This document shows positions 23,529 to 31,949 of a stretch of 31,949 bases of DNA, piece after piece. The position numbers and the translations under genes are program-made. Every line of letters starts with the position of its first letter. The first letter of the stretch is position 1. Source of the stretch: a virus (lineage: Duplodnaviria; Caudoviricetes); the IMG/VR virus record IMGVR_UViG_3300006120_000056, positions 1 to 31,949 of that record, one strand, 5' to 3'. The notes beneath the pieces are model-generated. The model was not told the origin of the DNA. It ran no database searches and was given only the letters and a program-made list of their open reading frames with translations.

Positions 23529-25805
23529 TTACCCACGTAAAAACACGTATTCAACCGCCTCCCGTCCACGCTCGCCGTGGCGCGCCTTCCTCTGGTCAAT
23601 CGACCCACCGGCTTTCAGCGTGTCCAGGATGCTGTCCATGGTCATCTTGTTATAGCGGCCCTTGAGCCGCTGATAGAGATTGCGCCGCGTGATCAGGCGC
23701 GCCTTCCGGATGATGCCGAGGACATGCAGCATGTCCGCCTGATGCTGGGTGTCCGCCATGTTCTGGCGCAATTCCTCGACAAAACCATCCATCGCCCAAG
23801 TGACGAAATCGGTCGCCCAATCCACATCGTCCGCCTCGATCCGGCAGGCGATCATCGAAGACGGATGCCGGCCGCAGGCGAGGATAAGCGCCACGCGGCG
23901 GATCATTTCCGCCGACCGGCTCCAGATCTCGAACAGCGGGTCGTCGTCTGACCGCCGCAGCATGTCCTCCTGCTGCAGTCTGGCCGCGCGCAGGAGGACA
24001 TCGGCGTCCGGTGTCGTCGGAACGGTGATCATGGTCGGCAGCGTGATGTTCGACGCATAGAGCGCCGACTGCGCGAACTGGTGGCGCTCGTCATCGAAAC
24101 ACATCAGACCGAGACAGCGCGCGACCAGGTCGGCCGGCACCTCGTCGGCCGGCAGGACATCCTCGCGCCATTCGCCGCGCACATGACGCGGCAGGACGAG
24201 GAAGCGGTTCAGGAAGCCGTTGGCGACGTTCCTGCTCTTCATCTGCTCGCGGAAGGCCGCCGGCGTGGTGGCTCCCAGAATCGAGACCCACGGCCGGTGG
24301 ATGGCCTCGCCATCGCGCATCGTCGTCGTGTCGGTGCGAAAGTCGCCGGCGTTGCGCCCCCAGATGCTGCAATAGGCCTCCAGCATCGAGGCCTCGGAAT
24401 TCGACGATTTCGCATTGTTGAGCTTGCGCAGGACCGAGGCGATTTCGTCGATGATCTGCACCTGTGCCGGCTGCCGGCCAAGCCACATGCCGAGAGATGC
24501 CGCCGACGAGAAAGCCCCGCGCACCATCGCGCTTCGTCCAACCGCCTCCAGGATCTGCCCGACGGCCTCCTGGGGTCGATCCTTGCCGCCGCCGGTACCG
24601 GCGATCAACAGGCAATAGAGATGCGTGCCTGTCCGTGGCGTGCCCGTGTAGACCTGCCGGGCGACCAGCGCACCGATGGTCACCAGGGCAGCCGCGACGG
24701 CGAACAGGCGCACCGGCCGCGGCGAGGTGGCCTCGATCCAATCGGCGATTTCGCCGACCAGCCCCGGCGGGCGCAACAGCGCGTCCGGGCAGTCCGCCAG
24801 TTCGACGACAGGCTCGGCATCTACCTCAGATTCGGGATCCGCCCCGATCGCGTCGAGCTGCCGCGCCAGGTCCTCGCGCCGCTCGGCTGTTGCCGCATCC
24901 TCTACCGGCTCCAGGGCGGCGCGCGGGTGCGCCATGCCGGCGGCAAGCCCGCGCTCGAGCGTGCCGAGGGTCTTCTTCGGGTCCTTCCAGCCGGCGACCG
25001 CCGCCGTCAGCGCCGCGCGCGCCTCAGCCGCCGACAGCCAGCCGGCGCCGACCACCGTGCCGACCTTGAAGGCGCATTCGTTCAGCGTGGTGTTGCGCGC
25101 CCCCGGCGGCGTCCCGGCAAGTACCCGCGCCTCCTCCTCGAGCGCCGCCCGCGCGTAGGCCTCCTCGCGCGTCCCCGGCTGCGACGGCCGGGCGACAGGC
25201 GTCGGCGGGATCACGCGTTCGACTCGCCGGGCCGTCAGGATCTCCAGGAGCCACGGCGGGAGGTCCGGCGCGGCCGAGATCTCCGGACCATCCAGCATCT
25301 CATACCGGCCGATATCGATCTCAGATCCGGGCCCGAGGACATAGCCCCCGATGCCGCGAAGATCGATGCCGCTCTCTTCTTTCGGAGGGATCGATCCCCG
25401 ACCGTTGCCGAGATCGACCCCGGCCGGGCGCCGGAAATAGCAATGCCAGCCGCCCGACGGCGTCTTGACGATCGGAATGGCCTCGATGTCATAGTCATGC
25501 TCGAAGCACGCCTGCCGGAACCATTCGATCCCGTGCGCCTGCCCTTCCTGCTTCGGCGCGTCGCAATCAATGACGAACCACGGCGTCTTGCCGATATGCA
25601 CCCCCGGCGCTGCGTTCGGCCAACGACGCCAGAAGGCCTCCACCGACGCGCGCCGGGACGTGGCCTGCGCCGTCCACATCACCCCCGGACAGGGCTTCTT
25701 GCGCAGCGGCTCGCCGTCACTGTCCATGCCCGCGGTCTGGCACGGGAACACCGGAATGCCGGCGTCCGCCAACGCAAGGGCGGCGTCCAGGTTGCTCATG
25801 TCCAT
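23529..25805 (-). CDS. Bifunctional primase-polymerase fused to a P-loop (DUF3987-like) domain, ~758 aa
   Basis: Prim-Pol motifs PVFPC, VIDCD, TPSGGWHCYF, IDLRG.GGYV; PriCT-like GARNTTLN; GTGGGKD and IIDEI. Start at 25805 or 25799. Confidence 0.85.
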   Translation of the reverse strand: MDMSNLDAALALADAGIPVFPCQTAGMDSDGEPLRKKPCPGVMWTAQATSRRASVEAFWRRWPNAAPGVHIGKTPWFVIDCDAPKQEGQAHGIEWFRQACFEHDYDIEAIPIVKTPSGGWHCYFRRPAGVDLGNGRGSIPPKEESGIDLRGIGGYVLGPGSEIDIGRYEMLDGPEISAAPDLPPWLLEILTARRVERVIPPTPVARPSQPGTREEAYARAALEEEARVLAGTPPGARNTTLNECAFKVGTVVGAGWLSAAEARAALTAAVAGWKDPKKTLGTLERGLAAGMAHPRAALEPVEDAATAERREDLARQLDAIGADPESEVDAEPVVELADCPDALLRPPGLVGEIADWIEATSPRPVRLFAVAAALVTIGALVARQVYTGTPRTGTHLYCLLIAGTGGGKDRPQEAVGQILEAVGRSAMVRGAFSSAASLGMWLGRQPAQVQIIDEIASVLRKLNNAKSSNSEASMLEAYCSIWGRNAGDFRTDTTTMRDGEAIHRPWVSILGATTPAAFREQMKSRNVANGFLNRFLVLPRHVRGEWREDVLPADEVPADLVARCLGLMCFDDERHQFAQSALYASNITLPTMITVPTTPDADVLLRAARLQQEDMLRRSDDDPLFEIWSRSAEMIRRVALILACGRHPSSMIACRIEADDVDWATDFVTWAMDGFVEELRQNMADTQHQADMLHVLGIIRKARLITRRNLYQRLKGRYNKMTMDSILDTLKAGGSIDQRKARHGERGREAVEYVFLRG

Positions 25806-25807
25806 AC

Positions 25808-26158
25808 TCAGAACGGCGCCGCGTGATCGTCGACGAGCTTTTTCAACATGCGCCGGTAGCCGGCGATGCCGACCTTGCAGGCCTCTGCCCACACCTCCGG
25901 CGGCATGCCCTCGAACAGATGGCCGAAGCCCGCCTCGTCGAGGAACTGCCCCATCGCATTGCCGCCGCCCTGAATGGCGGCTTCTGCTTCGATCTTGTTG
26001 AATGCGTTCTGCTTGATGCCGCCGGCCCGCATGGCAATCTCCAGACAATCGGGATCATCGCACACCCAGATCAGCCGCCCCCCCGTCAGGCGGCCGATCC
26101 CAAGGTCCATCCGGGCACAGATGCCGCAGAGACCCTCCTTCGAAAGGTCAATCGACAT
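25808..26158 (-). CDS. Small Cys-containing phage protein (DUF6511-like), 116 aa
   Basis: CGICAR...WVCDDPDC; C-terminal APF; sits between gcrA and the primase gene. Confidence 0.55.
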   Translation of the reverse strand: MSIDLSKEGLCGICARMDLGIGRLTGGRLIWVCDDPDCLEIAMRAGGIKQNAFNKIEAEAAIQGGGNAMGQFLDEAGFGHLFEGMPPEVWAEACKVGIAGYRRMLKKLVDDHAAPF

Positions 26159-26624
26159 GGGCGCGCTTCCGCTCTTTCGGCGCCCAGGCAATGCGCGCAT
26201 GCCACGGGCACCAGGACGTTCCGGGGATGACATCGGCGCCGCAGAAGCGCGTCTCGGATCTGCCGGTCAGGATCCAGGCACATTCAAATCCGATGCGGTG
26301 ATCGACCAGCGTGACGCCCTCTCCAGCCGGCTCGATGATCTCCCGAGCCGGCGGCAGGATTTCCGGATGCGGTTCAATGGAAATCAGACGCGGCGGATTA
26401 GCAGATACTTCGCGCGGCCGGCCCCGTGGTCGCTTCGGCTCTGGCCTCGGCTTCTTCTCCTTCTGCAAGGCATGCACGGTGACCCGGCCTGCCAGTCCAA
26501 GTCGGTGCACCTTGCCGATGACGGCGTTGCGCGTGACGCCGCCGATCTCGGCGGCGATCTGGCTGCAGCTCCATCCTTCACGCCACAGGAATTCCAATCG
26601 GTCGACCCGCTCAGGCGTCCACAT
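26148..26624 (-). CDS. gcrA: GcrA cell-cycle regulator homologue, 158 aa
   Basis: WTPERVDRLEFLWREGWSCSQIAAEIGGVTRNAVIGKVHRLGL and C-terminal C.W...FCG...SWCPWHARIA. Confidence 0.9.
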   Translation of the reverse strand: MWTPERVDRLEFLWREGWSCSQIAAEIGGVTRNAVIGKVHRLGLAGRVTVHALQKEKKPRPEPKRPRGRPREVSANPPRLISIEPHPEILPPAREIIEPAGEGVTLVDHRIGFECAWILTGRSETRFCGADVIPGTSWCPWHARIAWAPKERKRAHVD

Positions 26625-28254
26625 TGATCACCTCCAGTGTCGATCGATCGGCAAACGACCGACCGACGATCTCCCACCATTTGCCATTCCGACGCACCGA
26701 AACCGTCTTCGGGCAGGAGACCTCGGCCAATCGGGCAAGCGCTTCCGTGACGGTTACCGGAACCGGATCAAGACCGCCGTGCTTGTGCCACCAGTGCTGG
26801 GCCTTCCGACGCGCCGGCCCGTCATGCTCAAGGCAGACCCATTCCGGGAACGTCTGCAGCCCCGCGTAGAAATCGACCCGCATCGAGTCGGGTGACCCGG
26901 CTTTGATGTGCCGACGCATGTCCCAGGAGATGACCGGGATCTGCTCCGGCTTGGTCTTTTCGGTCGACAGGATCGGAATCGCTTCCGCGCGCGGATCGTG
27001 CTTCGGCTTATCCGCGGATGGGAACGCGTGATTGCAATGCGGGCAAGTCCGCGCATTGAGCGCGATCAGGTTTTCGCAGGAGGGACACTCCTTGGCGCGG
27101 ACGGTCTCGACGGTGACCTTGGCCTCGTCGTCAGCGCCCGCACGCCCGCGCTTCGGGCGCACCTCGATCGTGTCGACCGGCCCGTGCCGCCGGACGTTGC
27201 CGGCGAAATCGAGGACAAGGCAGTCGGATTTGCCCTCTGCCAGGCGCGTGCCGCGTCCGACGATCTGCACATAGAGGCCGGTCGACAGCGTCGGCCGCAA
27301 CATGGCGACCAGGTCGACAGCAGGCGCATCGAACCCGGTCGTCAGGACATTGGCATTCGTCAGACAGCGGATGCGGCCGTCCTTGAAGGCACGGATGAGC
27401 GCTGTCCGCTCCGCCGAGGCCGTTTCGCCGGTGATCGTCTCGGTCCCGATGCCAAGACTGCGGAGGGCGTCGCGGACGTGGACCGCATGCTTGATCCCGG
27501 TGCAGAAGACGAGCCACGACCGTCGGTCAGCTCCATAGGCGACGATCTCGCGCGCCGCGGACGCGGTGATGCGGTCGGTGTCAGCGGCAGCCTCGAGCGC
27601 GCCGGCAACGAACTCGCCGCCGCGTCGCGCGACCGTTGACACGTCGATCTCGGTTGCCGAGGCTTTGGACCGGAGCGGCGACAGGAAGCCGTCGCGGATG
27701 CCGGATCCGATGCCGTAGGAATAGACGGTCTCGTGAAACAGTGCCCCGTCGCCGGTATCGAGCCGGCCACTGTCGAGCCGGTATGGCGTCGCGGTGAACC
27801 CGGCGACACGCATGTCCGGCGCCAAATCCTCCAGATCGTGCAGCAGCTCACGATACATGCCGCCGCCCTTGGCCGGGATGAGGTGAGCCTCATCGACCAG
27901 CACGGCGTGGCGAGCCCCCAGGATCCGCGCCTTGGAATAGACCGACTGAATCGAGGCAAAGGTGATGCGGTGGTGCGCGTCACGCCGTCCCAGGCCGGCC
28001 GAGTAGATCCCGGCCGGAGCATCAGGCCAGACGCGGCGGAAGGCGAGGAAGTTCTGCTCGACGAGCTCGCGCACGTGAACGAGTACTAGCAGACGCATGT
28101 CGGGAAATTCGCACAGCCGTTTGGCCAGCGTCGCGATGACCACGGACTTTCCCGTGCCGGTCGCCATCTCGACGAGCGGGTTGCCACCGCCCGCCGACCA
28201 GAAGTCAAAGACCGCATCGACGGCATTCTGCTGATAGGGGCGAAGCTGGGTCAT
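26611..28254 (-). CDS. SF2 DEAH-box helicase, RadD/YejH-like, with zinc finger
   Basis: LRPYQ, ATGTGKS, DEAH, TATPYR, LTTGFDAP, QIVGRGTR, CPSC..CPHC. Confidence 0.92.
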   Translation of the reverse strand: MTQLRPYQQNAVDAVFDFWSAGGGNPLVEMATGTGKSVVIATLAKRLCEFPDMRLLVLVHVRELVEQNFLAFRRVWPDAPAGIYSAGLGRRDAHHRITFASIQSVYSKARILGARHAVLVDEAHLIPAKGGGMYRELLHDLEDLAPDMRVAGFTATPYRLDSGRLDTGDGALFHETVYSYGIGSGIRDGFLSPLRSKASATEIDVSTVARRGGEFVAGALEAAADTDRITASAAREIVAYGADRRSWLVFCTGIKHAVHVRDALRSLGIGTETITGETASAERTALIRAFKDGRIRCLTNANVLTTGFDAPAVDLVAMLRPTLSTGLYVQIVGRGTRLAEGKSDCLVLDFAGNVRRHGPVDTIEVRPKRGRAGADDEAKVTVETVRAKECPSCENLIALNARTCPHCNHAFPSADKPKHDPRAEAIPILSTEKTKPEQIPVISWDMRRHIKAGSPDSMRVDFYAGLQTFPEWVCLEHDGPARRKAQHWWHKHGGLDPVPVTVTEALARLAEVSCPKTVSVRRNGKWWEIVGRSFADRSTLEVINVDA

Positions 28255-30140
28255 GCCGCCGTCTCCATGGCGGCGAACAGCGGAGCGTCAGCAACCCGAC
28301 GAGTTTTTTGGGCCGATCGAACTGCAGCTGTGGGTTTATAATTGGCGCGGATCAGCGCCTCGGCTTCCGACGGGCAGACCGAGTTGCCGCACATGCGACC
28401 CTGCTGCTCGAGCGTCAGTTCGATCCTGCTGCCATCCTCGAGGATGCCGTGGTCAATGATGTAATCGGGGCGGAACCCTTGGGCGTTGAACCGCTCGCGC
28501 GGGGTGAGCATGCGCATGCCGATATCGACGATGGCGTACGGCTCGCCGGCAATCGTCACAGTGATCAACCCGTGCCGAGGCTTGGCTGTGACCGTGTGCA
28601 GAGGCTCGTCGCAAGGCTGTGACGGAAGGCCCTCGCCAAAATATTTGGCCAGGAATGCGTAAACCGTCGCGGCATGATTCCCGGCCGCAGAAGCGGTCCG
28701 CAGCGGCTCTTCCGCGCTGGCATCGCGCCGATCTGACCCGCGCAGGTTCAGCATGGAGACCGCGGCAAGCTGCTGCTGCGTTCCGGCAACGGTGATCGTC
28801 GAAACCGGTTCATCTGCCGGGTGGGCAGGCGCGCCAGGCCGAGGGCCGGCATTGTGCTGCGCCAGGAATGCGGCGATGACAGAGTGCTTCCCGCCTCCCG
28901 GCTGAACAACGGTCAGCGGATCGTAGACAGGATAAACGCGACGACCACCGCTCTCACCATGCGCCAAGCTGGCAACGACAGGCGCAACGATCGCCAGAGG
29001 CGCCGCACCACCGCCACGGTGCTCACTCGCGTGAGCGGTAATCGTGTGCAACGGCTCGCCGATATCGTGACCGGTCGCCCCGCGGTTGAACTTCGTGACG
29101 AACGGCATCAGGACGGCGTTCTGGTCCTTCCCCGATGCAGTGATGGTGTGCAGGGGTTCGTCGGCCGGCCGGCTGCCGCCGCCCTGTTGCGCATAGGTGA
29201 TCACAGGCACCACGAGCGCCTCACCACGCGTCGCGGTCATGGTATCGATCGGCTCGTCCAGAGCACTTCCGCGCACTTGGTCGCGGCCGTGATTGACATG
29301 GACGATGAACGGCTTCGGATTATCGAGCACGTACCGTTTCACGCCCTTCGCAATCCGCGCCATGGTGTTTTCCGCCAGCGGGCGATTGGCGCGGATGCCG
29401 AACTTCGCCCTGATCTCATCGGACGTTTCGAAGATCGACGGGCATGGCAGGCTGAAATCGATGATGTCGGCCGCGGTCTTCCATACCTTGAGTTCGCCGG
29501 CTGCGATGCGCGCGGCGTCGGCAGGGTCGTTCGGATTTCCATGGCTCGGCTCGGGCCAGACGATCGGCTCATCCTCAAGACTGATCACCATGAAGAGCCG
29601 CTTGCGGATCGTGCCGGCACCAGTCATCCAGGCGCGCCGGACGCGCCACTCGACCCGGGCATAGTCAATGTCGCGCCATGCCTGGACGAAGAGGCGGAAG
29701 GTTGCGCCCTTCTGGACCGGGCAACGCCTGCCGTCTTCGGTCAGCGGGCTCCAGTCCTCGAATTCCTCGACGTTTTCGAGGAAAATCTTGCGTGGCCGCT
29801 GCCATTTCGGGAGCGCCTTTACCCACCCGAAGATTGCCCAGGCGAGGCCGCGGATGTTCTTCTCGCGCGGGCGGCCGCCCTTGGCCTTGCTGTGGTCCTT
29901 GCAATCGGGAGACATCCACAGCATGCCGATCGGGCGACCGCCGCACATCCCGATGGAATCGACCGTGGCAACGTCCTGGACCATGTGCCGCGTGCCGGGG
30001 TGATTGACACGGTGCATGGCCAGGGCGACCGGATCATGGTTGATCGCAATATCCGGATCGTGGCCGAGCGCGGCCCTGATCCCTTCGGATGCACCGCCAC
30101 CACCGGCGAAGCTATCCATGACGAGTTCGCGCTCGCTCAT
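28251..30140 (-). CDS. C5 cytosine DNA methyltransferase with repeat-expanded variable region, 629 aa
   Basis: Motif I DSFAGGGG, IV SPDC, VI ENV, VIII RKRLF, IX RMLTPRE, X GNSV; about seven EP(L/I/V)xT(I/V)T repeats. Confidence 0.9.
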   Translation of the reverse strand: MSERELVMDSFAGGGGASEGIRAALGHDPDIAINHDPVALAMHRVNHPGTRHMVQDVATVDSIGMCGGRPIGMLWMSPDCKDHSKAKGGRPREKNIRGLAWAIFGWVKALPKWQRPRKIFLENVEEFEDWSPLTEDGRRCPVQKGATFRLFVQAWRDIDYARVEWRVRRAWMTGAGTIRKRLFMVISLEDEPIVWPEPSHGNPNDPADAARIAAGELKVWKTAADIIDFSLPCPSIFETSDEIRAKFGIRANRPLAENTMARIAKGVKRYVLDNPKPFIVHVNHGRDQVRGSALDEPIDTMTATRGEALVVPVITYAQQGGGSRPADEPLHTITASGKDQNAVLMPFVTKFNRGATGHDIGEPLHTITAHASEHRGGGAAPLAIVAPVVASLAHGESGGRRVYPVYDPLTVVQPGGGKHSVIAAFLAQHNAGPRPGAPAHPADEPVSTITVAGTQQQLAAVSMLNLRGSDRRDASAEEPLRTASAAGNHAATVYAFLAKYFGEGLPSQPCDEPLHTVTAKPRHGLITVTIAGEPYAIVDIGMRMLTPRERFNAQGFRPDYIIDHGILEDGSRIELTLEQQGRMCGNSVCPSEAEALIRANYKPTAAVRSAQKTRRVADAPLFAAMETAA

Positions 30141-30880
30141 GTGAACGGCACCTCGTCATCGAGAGCCAGTTCCGTGGCCGGCTTCATGTCCGGCGGCCAG
30201 TCGAAGCCATAGGCGATGAGGAACCGCTTGTGCATCGCCCGGGTGCGGTCGATGTCGCCAGCGCAGTATTCGGCGATCTTGAGATAATCCTTCGCCGCCC
30301 ATCGATCGGCCACGCGAGACCCGTCCATCCCGTCATTGCCCTTGCCGGGCAGGCCGAGGTATTCACACAGCCGGTCCATGCCGATCATGTCGCGGATGCC
30401 CGCCCACATGACCATCGTGTCCTGCACCGCGTCGTCCCACGGCTTTACGGCGCGCGGGAACCAGGTCGGCAGCTCTATCCCGAGGACAATCGCCCGCTGC
30501 CAGATGAACCGGTTGTCGAAGTTGATCCAGTTGTGGCCGACCCAGGTCAGGTGATGCATCGGGTCTCGCAGCTTGCCCATGGCCACGAAGGACTCGCGGA
30601 TCAGGTCCTTTTCGTCCTTGATGTTATTGATCGTGATCGCGTCGGCCTCGCTGTCGTTGAGTGCGAAGCCCATGCAGCAGATGTGCCCCAACCCGCCATC
30701 GAGACACGTCTTGTGAATGGCGGCCTGAACAGCGGCCGGCTTCTGCTCGGCCTCCCATTTGGCGATCGTCTCCGGCTTGGAATAATTCGCCGGCGGTGCG
30801 ATCAGCGCGGCGATGCGCTCGCACACCTTGGGGTCCTGCGTCGGGATCGTCTCGATGTCGCTGTAAAGGTACTCACGCAT
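30137..30880 (-). CDS. DEDDy 3'-5' exonuclease (PolB-exo-like), 247 aa
   Basis: ExoI DIET, ExoII GHNWINFD, ExoIII YCAGD; GGAGG RBS before the ATG at 30880. Confidence 0.85.
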   Translation of the reverse strand: MREYLYSDIETIPTQDPKVCERIAALIAPPANYSKPETIAKWEAEQKPAAVQAAIHKTCLDGGLGHICCMGFALNDSEADAITINNIKDEKDLIRESFVAMGKLRDPMHHLTWVGHNWINFDNRFIWQRAIVLGIELPTWFPRAVKPWDDAVQDTMVMWAGIRDMIGMDRLCEYLGLPGKGNDGMDGSRVADRWAAKDYLKIAEYCAGDIDRTRAMHKRFLIAYGFDWPPDMKPATELALDDEVPFT

Positions 30881-31655
30881 GGGTGCCTCCGATCTCTGCG
30901 GCCACGACATCGGCCATATCGGAGGTGCACGGCGCCGGCGTCGGCGGTGTCAACGGCCACCACGGGGGGATCTTGTGTTCGTCGTGCCGCATCGGCATCA
31001 GGAGAGCGGTTCCCTCAATGTCGGGATCGCCATCTCGGATCAGGATCGGACATTCAAAATCCGCGCCATGATCGGTCTTGAACAGCGTCAACCCGCTCGA
31101 CGAGTGGGAGCCGAGTGCATCACCAATGCGCCCAAGCAGTTCAGGATTGATCGAAATCCGATTCAGCGGCGAAACCGGCTTGACGACCTTCTGCCGCCAA
31201 TCGGGGAACGTGCCGTCGATCAGCAGATCGTTCCACTGCAGGAACCGCAGCAGCGGACCGAGCAATGATACCTGCTCGAACAGCAGCTCTCGCGCAGCCT
31301 CGTCCTCCGGCGCCAGGCTGTCGAGCAACCCGGCGCGCGTACCAGTGACGACCAGCAAGCGGCCGTGCGGTTCAGTGTGGCGCCCCTTGATCGACGCCTT
31401 GAACAGCGATCGTGCCGCCTGCTTCATGCGCCCGTCCAGCCGCACGATGGCGTTGCCGTCGCTGTAGCCGTCGGGATCATGGATGTTGATCAGGATATGG
31501 CCGTCCGTCGCGGTCATCGACACCCCGCCGCGCGGGTCCGGCTCGACGTGTACGCCGGTGAGGTAGTGCCGGGTGTATTCGGTGCCACTGGCGATGGCCA
31601 CGCGGCGGAACAGGTCGGCATTGACCTGACAGCGGAAGGGCTTGGGCTCCAACAT
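30873..31655 (-). CDS. DNA polymerase III beta-clamp-like protein, 260 aa
   Basis: TRHYLTGVHVE, ATDGHIL, DGTFPDWRQ, LLMPMR correspond to DnaN middle and C-terminal domain motifs. Confidence 0.75.
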   Translation of the reverse strand: MLEPKPFRCQVNADLFRRVAIASGTEYTRHYLTGVHVEPDPRGGVSMTATDGHILINIHDPDGYSDGNAIVRLDGRMKQAARSLFKASIKGRHTEPHGRLLVVTGTRAGLLDSLAPEDEAARELLFEQVSLLGPLLRFLQWNDLLIDGTFPDWRQKVVKPVSPLNRISINPELLGRIGDALGSHSSSGLTLFKTDHGADFECPILIRDGDPDIEGTALLMPMRHDEHKIPPWWPLTPPTPAPCTSDMADVVAAEIGGTHA

Positions 31656-31658
31656 GGC

Positions 31659-31949
31659 TCAGACCTCCACCTTGAAGATCTGGCCATCCGCGTTGAGCGA
31701 ATACCAAACGTTGGGTTCTACCCCGTTCTCGCCGACCAGGCCCGACCAATGCCGGGTGATCTTGCCCGTCTTCCAATCGCGATGGACGAGGAATAGCGCA
31801 TTGCCATCCGTCCCCATTACGCGACCATCGACTCCGATCGCCATGGCCGCGCCCTGATAGCCGGTGGAGCTGGCCGCGCCCTGATAGCCGGTGGAGCTGG
31901 CCGCGCCCTGATCGCCGGTGGAGCTGGCCGCGCCACGAGTGCCGGTGGA
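31659..31949 (-). CDS. Partial (5'-truncated) phage protein with STGxxGAAS nonapeptide repeats
   Basis: The frame is open from the window edge: STGTRGAAS STGDQGAAS STGYQGAAS STGYQGAAM...VGENGVEPNVWYSL. Confidence 0.75.
   Translation of the reverse strand, partial: STGTRGAASSTGDQGAASSTGYQGAASSTGYQGAAMAIGVDGRVMGTDGNALFLVHRDWKTGKITRHWSGLVGENGVEPNVWYSLNADGQIFKVEV
31844..31949. repeat. 27-bp coding tandem repeat, about 4 copies visible, truncated by the window end
   Basis: TGGCCGCGCCCTGATAGCCGGTGGAGC units start at 31844, 31871, 31898 and 31925. Confidence 0.95.

Larger units (their letters stand above)
1..31949 (-). mobile_element. Alphaproteobacterial podovirus-type phage/prophage segment
   Basis: Complete packaging, head, short-tail and ejection gene order; no tape measure or sheath gene; an antirepressor implies a temperate lifestyle; GcrA points to an alphaproteobacterial host. 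Confidence 0.9.

Noticed and set aside
25806-26048. N-terminal extension of the 839-aa primase ORF
   Set aside because: It overlaps the small Cys protein gene in another frame; Prim-Pol motifs begin just after 25805.
28251-30140. Restriction-modification system
   Set aside because: No cognate endonuclease nearby; the context is a phage replication operon, so this is an orphan methyltransferase.
15970-30212. Long plus-strand ORFs (15970-17154, 18283-19506, 20802-21986, 24081-25826, 28821-30212)
   Set aside because: Antisense shadows of high-GC genes, with no motifs or RBS.
31844-31949. CRISPR array
   Set aside because: Units are contiguous with no unique spacers, are a multiple of 3, and read in frame as a peptide repeat.

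Overview
The window is a ~32 kb piece of a high-GC, probably temperate, podovirus-type (P22/BPP-1-like gene order) phage or prophage of an alphaproteobacterium; the host call rests on a GcrA homologue. Almost all genes are on the minus strand. Reading right to left: a replication/early block (Gly-Ser-Thr repeat protein, beta-clamp-like protein, DEDD 3'-5' exonuclease, repeat-expanded C5 methyltransferase, RadD-like helicase, GcrA, small Cys protein, primase-polymerase/ATPase); an AT-rich origin-like island; a putative late regulator followed by a promoter-terminator unit; TerS, TerL, portal, scaffold, major capsid and decoration proteins; a tail adaptor; a three-gene accessory fibre/glycine-rich adhesin insert; the tail nozzle, a GNAT and three ejection proteins; an immI-like secondary immunity region (RHH repressor, two low-GC morons, a Tat-motif protein, an AntA/KilAC antirepressor); and a tail fibre/spike gene. 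No integrase, primary repressor, lysis cassette, tRNA, CRISPR or reverse transcriptase is visible. The most interesting signals are (i) a readable immI-like switch with overlapping divergent promoters, twin operators, a probably leaderless repressor and a structured RNA leader, (ii) a 28-bp palindrome inside the antirepressor gene, (iii) an accessory fibre cassette with candidate terminal docking peptides, and (iv) a lambda pR'/tR'-like late unit next to a protein I cannot recognise as Q. All family calls come from motif recognition by eye and gene order; no database search was run.
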